From contig JBBSJT010000081.1 of NCBI GenBank assembly GCA_038257035.1, positions 1-10,047 of the forward strand: a DNA stretch of 10,047 nucleotides, in the 5' to 3' direction. Positions 1 to 6,766 of this stretch are shown one piece after another. How positions within the stretch are numbered: position 1 is the stretch's first letter; every line of letters starts with the position of its first letter. The notes beneath the pieces were generated by a model that saw nothing but the letters and a program-made list of their open reading frames with translations, was not told the DNA's origin and did not search any database. This DNA comes from Chlamydiia bacterium (GTDB taxonomy: Bacteria > Chlamydiota > Chlamydiia > Chlamydiales > Parachlamydiaceae). The translations under genes were made by a program, and so were the position numbers.

Positions 1-234
1 ACCTGAAAAAACACCTACTCTTAAAGAGATTGTAACGCTAGTTGCTGTTTTGGGTGGCTATCAAAAAAGAAAAGACCCTCCAGGAATCCAAACGGTTTGG
101 AGGGGTATCGTGAGATTGGTAGACATGATATATGGTTATGAATTGACTCATAAAATGATCTTAGGATTAAGGAATAATTCATGAGTCAAATATTGACAAA
201 AAAAAGTCAAGAAAAAGATGTGTCCAACTGTAAG
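1..234 (+). mobile_element. Right end of an IS4-family (IS50 subgroup) insertion sequence
   Basis: Transposase tail followed by a 19-bp candidate terminal IR, AGATGTGTCCAACTGTAAG (216-234). It matches the Tn5 mosaic end AGATGTGTATAAGAGACAG at 13/19 positions, including the first 8 and the terminal AG. Confidence 0.75.
2..184 (+). CDS. IS4-family (IS50/Tn5-like) transposase, C-terminal fragment (5' part outside window)
   Basis: Frame +2 reads PEKTPTLKEIVTLVAVLGGYQKRKDPPGIQTVWRGIVRLVDMIYGYELTHKMILGLRNNS*. The pattern PTLxE...LGG(Y/F)..RK.D.PG.xT(V/L)WRG is the signature of the Tn5-type transposase dimerisation domain. Stop TGA at 182-184. Absent from the supplied ORF track. Confidence 0.88.
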   Translation, partial: PEKTPTLKEIVTLVAVLGGYQKRKDPPGIQTVWRGIVRLVDMIYGYELTHKMILGLRNNS

Positions 235-255
235 GCCAGGGCTCCGCACTCCAAA
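235..255 (-). repeat. Truncated REP-like palindrome (GGAGTGCG type), cut by the IS end
   Basis: Minus strand reads TTTGGAGTGCGGAGCCCTGGC and then the IS end. GCGGAGC-CCTG-GC is one arm, a loop and the first 2 nt of the complementary arm GCTCCGC. It is a GC-rich island about 20 nt downstream of the DHH gene stop. Confidence 0.45.
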
Positions 256-274
256 TTAGCAAATTATATAAGGG

Positions 275-1264
275 TTAGATTTGGCAGGAAAGGAGATTTT
301 GGGTTAGATGAAGGATTTTTTTCTTGGCGTCTTCGATGGTTCCTTTAATGGAAACTCCGGCAGCATTTTTGTGACCGCCACCACCAAGGCCTGCCATGAT
401 TTGGCAAACGTCTAAATTTGAAACGGATCGACCTGAAACACGAACTTCAGATCCCGGCAATTCTCGAAGTAAGAAAATACACTCCACATCTTCGATCAAT
501 TTATTAAAATCATGAATATAATCAAGGTCTGCATGTTCAATCTCGACACCATGAAGACCAATTTTTTCACATTCTTCTAATGTCAGAGTCTGAATAATCA
601 CTTTATTATTAAGATGCGTTTCCATCCCTTGAAGAGCGCTAATCAGCATTTGAATTTGGGGTTTTGAGACATGTTGGAAAAGTTTGGAATACATCAAATC
701 AGGATCCACCCCAAGTTTAATGCATTCATCAGCAATTTTATGAGCTTTACGATTGGTACAGGAATAGGAAAAGCGACCGGTATCGCATATTACACTTGTG
801 TAAATGCCAACTGCCGCCTGAATGTTTAACTTTAAACCCAATTCTTTATAAAATGCATAAACCAATGCTCCTGCCGAACAAGCATCTGGATTTATGGCTA
901 AATAGTCTGCAAATGTATCTGTTGCGACATGATGGTCGATGCAAATCGTAATCGGTTTAACTGTTGTTAATAGATTTGCAACGCTACCAATTCTTTCTTT
1001 TTTGTGTGTATCTAAAACAATCATGACCTGAATGTTTTGATAATCATGTGTAGCATCATAAATTTCGTGAGTCTGATGATAATCAAGAAAGGAAAACTTC
1101 GAGGGAATTTTGCCATCGCAAACGAATCTTACATTTTTTCCCATTGAAATTAAAATTTCTGTCAACGCAGTTGCAGCACCGACTCCATCACCATCGGGAT
1201 TTACGTGGGTTGTCAAAAGAAAATAATGATTTTGATGAATGACTTTTTTAATTGCATGCCACAT
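275..1264 (-). CDS. nrnA: DHH/DHHA1 family phosphoesterase (bifunctional oligoribonuclease/pAp phosphatase, NrnA-like)
   Basis: 329 aa with THVNPDGDGVGA (motif I), LDT (II), IDHH (III), DTGRF (IV) and C-terminal DHHA1 RVSGRS...GGGGHKNAAG. Lies 20 bp downstream of the ssb stop. Confidence 0.9.
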   Translation of the reverse strand: MWHAIKKVIHQNHYFLLTTHVNPDGDGVGAATALTEILISMGKNVRFVCDGKIPSKFSFLDYHQTHEIYDATHDYQNIQVMIVLDTHKKERIGSVANLLTTVKPITICIDHHVATDTFADYLAINPDACSAGALVYAFYKELGLKLNIQAAVGIYTSVICDTGRFSYSCTNRKAHKIADECIKLGVDPDLMYSKLFQHVSKPQIQMLISALQGMETHLNNKVIIQTLTLEECEKIGLHGVEIEHADLDYIHDFNKLIEDVECIFLLRELPGSEVRVSGRSVSNLDVCQIMAGLGGGGHKNAAGVSIKGTIEDAKKKILHLTQNLLSCQI

Positions 1265-1284
1265 GTATAACTGCCTTAAATGTT

Positions 1285-1668
1285 TTAAGCTTCAGTATGG
1301 GTCATGTTAGCCATTTCAACATTTTTATCATTATTATACTTTTTCTCTAAGAATTGCACTCTTTCAGCAGCAACTCGTAGCTTACAACGTTTTTCTCCAT
1401 CCTTAGCATGCCATACATCTAACTGCAAACGACCCTCAATTAAGACAGGCGATGAGCAATCGAGTGCATTTGCACATGTTTCCGCTTGTTTTCCCCAGAC
1501 AACAACGTCTACAAAGCAGACTTCTTGCTGACGATCTCCACCAAGCGTTGTAAATTCACGATTTAAAGCGACAAGAAGATCCGTTACACAAATTCCGTTT
1601 GGAGTTCTGCGTAATTCCGGCTTGCGCGTCAATCGACCGGCAATTGTTACTTTATTTAATGCAACCAT
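1285..1668 (-). CDS. ssb: Single-stranded DNA-binding protein, short form lacking the acidic C-terminal tip
   Basis: LNKVTIAGRLTRKPELRRTPNG...FVDVVVWGKQAE...VLIEGRLQLDVW...RVAAERVQFL is a classic SSB OB fold. Start moved from TTG 1674 to ATG 1668 because AGGAAG lies 6 nt upstream of it. 127 aa. Confidence 0.93.
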   Translation of the reverse strand: MVALNKVTIAGRLTRKPELRRTPNGICVTDLLVALNREFTTLGGDRQQEVCFVDVVVWGKQAETCANALDCSSPVLIEGRLQLDVWHAKDGEKRCKLRVAAERVQFLEKKYNNDKNVEMANMTHTEA

Positions 1669-1726
1669 AAACAACTTCCTTTTTTTTAAAGACAGGTCTT
1701 TCTTAATCTGAACTAGACTAATGTGA

Positions 1727-1754
1727 AGAATACTGAAAATAAAATTTTATTCAA
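1727..1754 (-). promoter_or_regulatory. Candidate sigma70/sigma66 promoter for ssb-nrnA
   Basis: Minus strand TTGAAT-N16-TATTCT in the cutA-ssb intergenic region. The AT-rich background lowers specificity. Confidence 0.4.
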
Positions 1755-1773
1755 GAAAATTGTATATATATAT

Positions 1774-2100
1774 TTATTTTTTTAATTCAATCGAACCTAA
1801 GATCCAATTCATATACTCCTGATTTCCACCTTCTATGGTATGAAAAATAATTTCGGGAATTTCATATTTGCAATTATTTTCAATAAATTCTTTTATCGAT
1901 TCAAAATTATTGCGTGTTGTTTTTAAAGTAATTTTACTTTCTTGAACTGTTTCTAACTGATTATCCCAAATATAGATCGATTCTATCCAAGGAATAATTT
2001 GGGCGCATGCCACTCGTTTTTCTTCTACAAGTTTTCTTGAAATCTTGCGTGCTTCATCTAAGCTTCCGCTCGTCCATGTAATCTCTATAATCTCATCCAT
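1774..2100 (-). CDS. cutA: Divalent-cation tolerance protein CutA
   Basis: 108 aa with EARKISRKLVEEKRVACAQIIPWIESIYIWDNQLETVQESKITLKT...YEIPEII...GNQEYMNWI, typical of CutA1. GGAG RBS upstream of the ATG. Confidence 0.92.
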   Translation of the reverse strand: MDEIIEITWTSGSLDEARKISRKLVEEKRVACAQIIPWIESIYIWDNQLETVQESKITLKTTRNNFESIKEFIENNCKYEIPEIIFHTIEGGNQEYMNWILGSIELKK

Positions 2101-2154
2101 TTAAACACTCCATTATCAATAGTATTTTTTTAACAAGAGAGGCCACCCTCTTGA

Positions 2155-2320
2155 ATGCTCTTTTTACCGCGAAGAGCGCGAAGGAGGACGCGAAGGCACG
2201 CGAAGAAACGCGCTGAAGCGCGAAAAGAGTAAAGTGCTTTAAGCATTGATAAAAATCACTAAGTTCTTTTTCTCTTCGCAGCGTAAGCTGCGCTTCTTCG
2301 CGCTCTTCGCGGTAAAAAAA
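2155..2320. repeat. Palindromic intergenic element copy 1 (CGCGAAG-unit family; MITE/REP-like)
   Basis: Perfect 23-bp inverted repeat TTTTTACCGCGAAGAGCGCGAAG (2161-2183 / 2296-2318). Tandem CGCGAAG at 2168, 2177, 2189 and 2199. Internal hairpins CGCGC-TGAA-GCGCG (2209-2222) and CGCAGC-GTAA-GCTGCG (2277-2292). 2155-2183 matches 6833-6861 at 28/29. Confidence 0.92.
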
Positions 2321-2354
2321 TCCCTCATAGCGGTGGATACTTCGTGGTACTACC

Positions 2355-3200
2355 TCACTTTGAGAGGAAGGCAAGATCCGGGATTCTTAGATCAATGACC
2401 TTAAAATCCTTTGCTATATTTTTTTCTAATAAATACTCTCTTAATACCAAATAAGCTTTAATTTCTTCTTCATAGCCGTTGGAGCTCAATCGTAGAGTCC
2501 TCAAATAATGAGTAATGACAGGGTTGCCATTTTTTATCTTTTCAACTGTATCCTCAACTACAACAACGATTTGCTTTTGACCAAAACTTGAAGCATAGCT
2601 TGTAGAAACATCGATTCTCTTCAACGTTGTCTGATCAGAAACTAGATGCACATTCAAATAATCTAATAATTTAAGCGCAAGCTTTGCCTCTTTTGTGGTC
2701 ACGCGGTTTCCTAAAAATTTATCATCAGGCTCCTCTTGTAACCCTAAATAAATTTCAGGAAGAATTTTCGGGGTAAAAAAGGGTTTAAAAGGAATGGCAA
2801 CGCCATCTTTATCGAGGGCAACATTTGTGTAATCAGCCAAATAAGCTACCGGTATCCTTAAAACATAATGTATTTGGATGGTTCCGGGGTATATTTTTTT
2901 AATTGCGGCCTTTTTTAAAAGCGGACTTTTTGCCAATTTACTTAAACTTGCATTTTTGTTGAACCGATAAATATTTGTTGGCTGATCCACCGATAAATTC
3001 AAAAGCTCTGCAAAGTAAGCCGTATTTAAATTTTCTTTTTCAGTAGAAGTTTGTACTACAGCCAAGATGTTGTATCGTTCGTCATACACCCTTTCCAATT
3101 GGATGTATTGATAAATTCCAAGGCTTAATGCAGCTCCCCCCGAAATAAAAAAGGTGCTAAAAAAAATTATTTTTAGGGCCTTTCTTAAAGGGACTTTCAT
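2355..3200 (-). CDS. ftsQ: Cell division protein FtsQ/DivIB-like (chlamydial type)
   Basis: Single N-terminal TM helix, POTRA-like segment (LAKSPLLKKAAIKKIYPGTIQIHYVLRIPVAYL) and C-terminal VIDLRIPD matching the FtsQ IDLR motif. Directly after ddl with an ATGA start/stop overlap at 3197-3200. Confidence 0.8.
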   Translation of the reverse strand: MKVPLRKALKIIFFSTFFISGGAALSLGIYQYIQLERVYDERYNILAVVQTSTEKENLNTAYFAELLNLSVDQPTNIYRFNKNASLSKLAKSPLLKKAAIKKIYPGTIQIHYVLRIPVAYLADYTNVALDKDGVAIPFKPFFTPKILPEIYLGLQEEPDDKFLGNRVTTKEAKLALKLLDYLNVHLVSDQTTLKRIDVSTSYASSFGQKQIVVVVEDTVEKIKNGNPVITHYLRTLRLSSNGYEEEIKAYLVLREYLLEKNIAKDFKVIDLRIPDLAFLSK

Positions 3201-5596
3201 TTTTGGTTCCGATGTTTATCTTGGGAAAGAATAATAAGGCGGTCAACTAATTCAAAGGCTGTTAATCCATTTGCCATGCAAATTGCAGGGTATAAACTGA
3301 TGCGAGTAAATCCTGGGATTGTATTAATTTCGTTTAACCAAAATTCATTATTGTCATCAAGAAAAAAATCAACCCGTGAAAGCCCTTGGCAGCAGGCAAT
3401 GCAATATGCTTTTTTGGCTAAAGCTAGTCCCTTTTCAATAATAGCGAGTTCAAGTTCAGCTTTTGTATTTGTTTTCATTTCGCTAATATATTTTGCATCG
3501 TAAGAGTACATACTTCCATTGGTCAACACTTCAGCAGGATGAAAAACTTTTGGATCATTGTTTCCAAGAACTGCAAACTCAATTTCACGACCTTTAATTT
3601 CATTTTCAATGAGTACCTTGTCGTCTAGTTCTAGAGCTTTATTGACACATACTTTTAATTCATCAAAACATAAAACCTTACCAACACCCACACTTGAGCC
3701 CAAATGTGCAGGTTTAACATAAAGAGGAAAGGATAATTCTTTTTCGATTCTTTTTAATAGGTTTTCAGAATCTGTTTTCCATTGGTAATTAGTAAAATAT
3801 ACAAACGGGGCTGTTTTTACATCATTTAAAATCATTAGCTGTTTTGTAATAACTTTATCCATACATACAACAGAGGCACGAAAATCACATCCGACATAGG
3901 GTTTATTTAAAGTTTCAAAAAAGCCTTGAATGGCTCCATCTTCTCCAAAAGGGCCATGTAAAACAGGAAAAAACAAATCACACTCTTGAATTTTAGCAAA
4001 TACATCGAGAGATATGAGTCTTTTAGCATCAATGAGGATCTCATTTTGCTCTAAAAATTCAGGTCCATATGCAAAAGTTCCACTTTTAGATATTCCAAAA
4101 AATTTAGGCTCATAATATTCAGGATTCAAACTGATCGCAACATTTTTAGCAGACCTTATAGATACTTCATGTTCTGTCGATCGACCGCCAAAGAAAAGAC
4201 CCACCTTTAATTTTTGAATTGGCTTCTGTTCTGATCCTGCAATAATTTCATCAGCAAGCCGTGTAATATCACCGGCTCCGAGGGAGACAACCACATCGTG
4301 AGGAAATAGATTTGATAAAAGATGATTACTGATTTCTTTACGCGCAACATAACGACATGGAATTTTTAAATCTCGCAATTCTTCTAAAATATTTTCGTGT
4401 GAAATGCCGTCGATTGGCTTTTCACCCGATGCATAAATGTCTGTGACAATCACTTCTGATGCCTCATCAAAGGCCCCTTTAAAAGTTCCTAAAATATCTT
4501 TAGTTCGACAATAACGATGCGGTTGATACACTGCAATTAATTTTTTTTCTAAAACGGCTTCTCTTACGGCTTTAAGAGTCGCTTGAATTTCAGTTGGATG
4601 GTGTGCGTAGTCATCGATGAGCAAGACACCACTTAAAAAACCTCTTTTTTCTGAACGCCTTGATACGCCTTTAAAAGAACAAAAAGCTTTTCTGATGGTT
4701 TCTTCATCAATATTTAGTTGGATGCATAAACCAAAAACCGCAGCAGCATTCAAGGCGTTATGTTTACCAATCAGTGAAAGCTTAATGTTTTCATAAATTT
4801 CACCTTTAAACTCTATCTTAAAACAAGATTCCCATCCATTTTGAGAATAATCCTTGATGCAGAGCTGATTATGATTTGAAAATCCATAGCTGATTGCACT
4901 GGGTTTTGCTTTTTTAGCTAAATCAAAAAGGGTTGCATCGTCTCCGCAAAAGAAAAAATGGTCGTCGGATGCTACACTAAGACAAAAGGTTTCAAAGGAA
5001 AGAATTAGGTTTTCCTTTGTTTTAAAATGATCCATATGATCAGTATCGATGTTTGTCAAAATAGCACCAAAAGGCAAATATTTTAAAAAAGTTCCATCAC
5101 TTTCATCAGCTTCAGCAACAAAATATTCACCCGTCCCATGATAGCCGTTTGTTTTTAAATCAAGAGAAATCCCCCCTACAGCAAATGAGGGGTCTAATTC
5201 TGCCATCATTAAAACTTTTACTAAAAGAGCGGTCGTTGTTGTTTTTCCATGCGTTCCAGTAACAACAAGCGATCGGTATCCTTCCATTAAACTTTTAAGT
5301 AAACAAGAGCGATGCATAATTTCACATTGTAAGCTCATTGCAGCTTTATATTCAGGATTACTTTCATTGACACTTGAGCTAAAAATAACAGTTGATTTTG
5401 GTTCAATATGTTTTGATGAATGTCCAATAAAGATATCTGCCCCTTTCTTTGATAAAAGGCTTGTCATTGCATTAGTTGCTTGATCACTCCCTGAAACTTT
5501 TGCATTTCTTGACAATAAAATCTCTGCAAGAGCACTCATTCCAATTCCGCCAATTCCAATAAAGTGACAATTGCTCAAGTTCATTTTTGGATTCAT
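3197..5596 (-). CDS. murC-ddl: Bifunctional UDP-N-acetylmuramate--L-alanine ligase / D-Ala--D-Ala ligase (MurC-Ddl fusion)
   Basis: MurC motifs HFIGIGGIGMSALA, GTHGKTTTT, EADESDGTF, DHMDHF, DDYAHHPTEI and LGAGDI run in frame into Ddl motifs FGGRSTEHEVSIRSA, LHGPFGEDGAIQG, GSSVGV, YSYDAKY and NEINTIPG. Start set to ATG 5596 (AAGGA just upstream, after the murG stop) rather than 5632. Confidence 0.96.
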   Translation of the reverse strand: MNPKMNLSNCHFIGIGGIGMSALAEILLSRNAKVSGSDQATNAMTSLLSKKGADIFIGHSSKHIEPKSTVIFSSSVNESNPEYKAAMSLQCEIMHRSCLLKSLMEGYRSLVVTGTHGKTTTTALLVKVLMMAELDPSFAVGGISLDLKTNGYHGTGEYFVAEADESDGTFLKYLPFGAILTNIDTDHMDHFKTKENLILSFETFCLSVASDDHFFFCGDDATLFDLAKKAKPSAISYGFSNHNQLCIKDYSQNGWESCFKIEFKGEIYENIKLSLIGKHNALNAAAVFGLCIQLNIDEETIRKAFCSFKGVSRRSEKRGFLSGVLLIDDYAHHPTEIQATLKAVREAVLEKKLIAVYQPHRYCRTKDILGTFKGAFDEASEVIVTDIYASGEKPIDGISHENILEELRDLKIPCRYVARKEISNHLLSNLFPHDVVVSLGAGDITRLADEIIAGSEQKPIQKLKVGLFFGGRSTEHEVSIRSAKNVAISLNPEYYEPKFFGISKSGTFAYGPEFLEQNEILIDAKRLISLDVFAKIQECDLFFPVLHGPFGEDGAIQGFFETLNKPYVGCDFRASVVCMDKVITKQLMILNDVKTAPFVYFTNYQWKTDSENLLKRIEKELSFPLYVKPAHLGSSVGVGKVLCFDELKVCVNKALELDDKVLIENEIKGREIEFAVLGNNDPKVFHPAEVLTNGSMYSYDAKYISEMKTNTKAELELAIIEKGLALAKKAYCIACCQGLSRVDFFLDDNNEFWLNEINTIPGFTRISLYPAICMANGLTAFELVDRLIILSQDKHRNQK

Positions 5597-5604
5597 ATTT
5601 TCCT

Positions 5605-6711
5605 TTATAAGTGGTCTAAAACAAACGTACACATGTCTTTTTGTCTTGCCGTTTTTTTGTATAATCTTAAAGCATCTTGCATCGCATCAAGTAAAATCCG
5701 GTCGTGATTTAAAAGGGTGCTGATTTTTTTTCCGAGAATTTTTGAATCAAGATCCTTTTCCAAAAAGGTAACGGAACCACCCACAATGTTTGACATAAAA
5801 TTGGCGTTTTTATCTTGATGAGCATCGCTTGCAAAAGGGTAAGGAATTAGTACCGCCGGCACTTCAAATTCCATCTGTTCTGCAATCGTTGCAGCGCCCG
5901 CTCTTGAAATGAGTAAATCAGCTGCGGCCCATGCCAAATCCATGCGAGTTTCAAAATTTTTCACGGTGGCTTTAATTTCGTTTTTGTCGTAAAGATCTTG
6001 AAATTCCTTTTGATTTTCAGCTTCACCTAAAAAATGAAGAACTTGGATGCATTCCTTGTGACCCTCAAAATATTGGCTTAAGGCTTCTGAAACTAGTTGA
6101 TTGATTTTTTTTGCACCTTGGGAGCCCCCAAATACTAATAATGTGATTCTATCTTTATCTAGTAAAAAATAGTTCCTTGCTTCCCTTTTGGTGTAGTTGC
6201 CTAAGCTATACCCCTCTCTTAAAGGTACACCCACTTCAATTGTTTTTCCCTGTAAAAAATCGGCAGTTTCAGGAAAATGAATTCCTGTAGCTACTGCATG
6301 CTTTGAAAGTAGGCGGTTAACCTTTCCTGGGGCGCTATTAGCTTCATGTAGAAGAATGGGTATTCCAACAAGCTTTGCAGCAACAAGCGTTGGAAATGTG
6401 TGAAAGCTTCCAAAACCCACAATCAAATCAGGTTTAAAGCGTCTTATGATGGAGCGGCTCTGCCATACACCTTTAAGTATTTTGATTACATTTCTAAAAA
6501 GTCTGATTGGGTTTTTACTATTAACAGGAGCACATTCAACGCTTTCGTTTAAGAATTTTTGATGCTCAAAAAAGCTATTGTTTTTAAGATCCCCACCGAC
6601 AAACATCAAGGTAATTCCGGGCTCTGCTTTATAAAGATCGTTTGCAAGGGATACGCTTGGATAAACGTGTCCGCCTGTGCCGCCAACAACAATCATGACT
6701 TTCTTATTCAT
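5605..6711 (-). CDS. murG: Undecaprenyl-PP-MurNAc-pentapeptide GlcNAc transferase MurG
   Basis: GGTGGHVYP, HEANSAPGKVNR, FGGSQGAKKIN, SRAGAATIAE, LIPYPFA..HQDKNA. AAGGA RBS upstream. Confidence 0.97.
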   Translation of the reverse strand: MNKKVMIVVGGTGGHVYPSVSLANDLYKAEPGITLMFVGGDLKNNSFFEHQKFLNESVECAPVNSKNPIRLFRNVIKILKGVWQSRSIIRRFKPDLIVGFGSFHTFPTLVAAKLVGIPILLHEANSAPGKVNRLLSKHAVATGIHFPETADFLQGKTIEVGVPLREGYSLGNYTKREARNYFLLDKDRITLLVFGGSQGAKKINQLVSEALSQYFEGHKECIQVLHFLGEAENQKEFQDLYDKNEIKATVKNFETRMDLAWAAADLLISRAGAATIAEQMEFEVPAVLIPYPFASDAHQDKNANFMSNIVGGSVTFLEKDLDSKILGKKISTLLNHDRILLDAMQDALRLYKKTARQKDMCTFVLDHL

Positions 6712-6735
6712 CTAAATTCCTTTTACTAAAAGACT

Positions 6736-6763
6736 ATTATCTGAAGTAACTCATTTTTTACAA
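6736..6763 (-). promoter_or_regulatory. Possible internal promoter upstream of murG
   Basis: Minus strand TTGTAA-N16-GATAAT between the palindromic element and the murG RBS. Confidence 0.3.
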
Positions 6764-6766
6764 GCA

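Noticed and set aside
193..221. Perfect TTGACA near the IS end as an outward-facing promoter
   Set aside because: No credible -10 hexamer 16-18 bp downstream (AGATGT/AAGATG).
216..234. IS4 transposase as the mobiliser of the CGCGAAG elements
   Set aside because: The IS end (AGATGTGTCCAACTGTAAG) shares no similarity with the element termini, and the elements show no 9-bp target duplication.
1304..1531. 75-aa plus-strand ORF
   Set aside because: Antisense shadow wholly inside ssb; no recognisable motif.
1761..1773. (TA)n run resembling an SOS box spacer upstream of ssb
   Set aside because: Lacks the CTGT...ACAG ends; a short AT microsatellite at the cutA stop.
2134..2153. Hairpin CAAGAG-AGGCCACC-CTCTTG as an intrinsic terminator
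   Set aside because: Short stem with no U-tract following on the transcribed (minus) strand.
2161..2318. CRISPR array or tRNA/known ncRNA interpretation of the repeats
   Set aside because: Repeats are inverted and built of 7-bp units with 2-5 bp gaps, not direct repeats with unique 30-40 bp spacers. No cas genes and no cloverleaf or T-loop motif.
2093..2374. 93-aa minus-strand ORF bridging ftsQ and cutA
   Set aside because: TTG start inside ftsQ and no clear RBS. The peptide (REEREE, RAFASSFALFAVK) is simply the translation of the palindromic repeat, and nearly the same peptide appears in the 6963-7181 ORF on the other strand.
3276..3503. 75-aa plus-strand ORF
   Set aside because: Antisense to the conserved Ddl domain.
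5597..5632. N-terminal extension of MurC-Ddl from ATG 5632
   Set aside because: Overlaps the murG 3' end; ATG 5596 has an AAGGA RBS and lies closer to the MurC GIGGIGMS motif.
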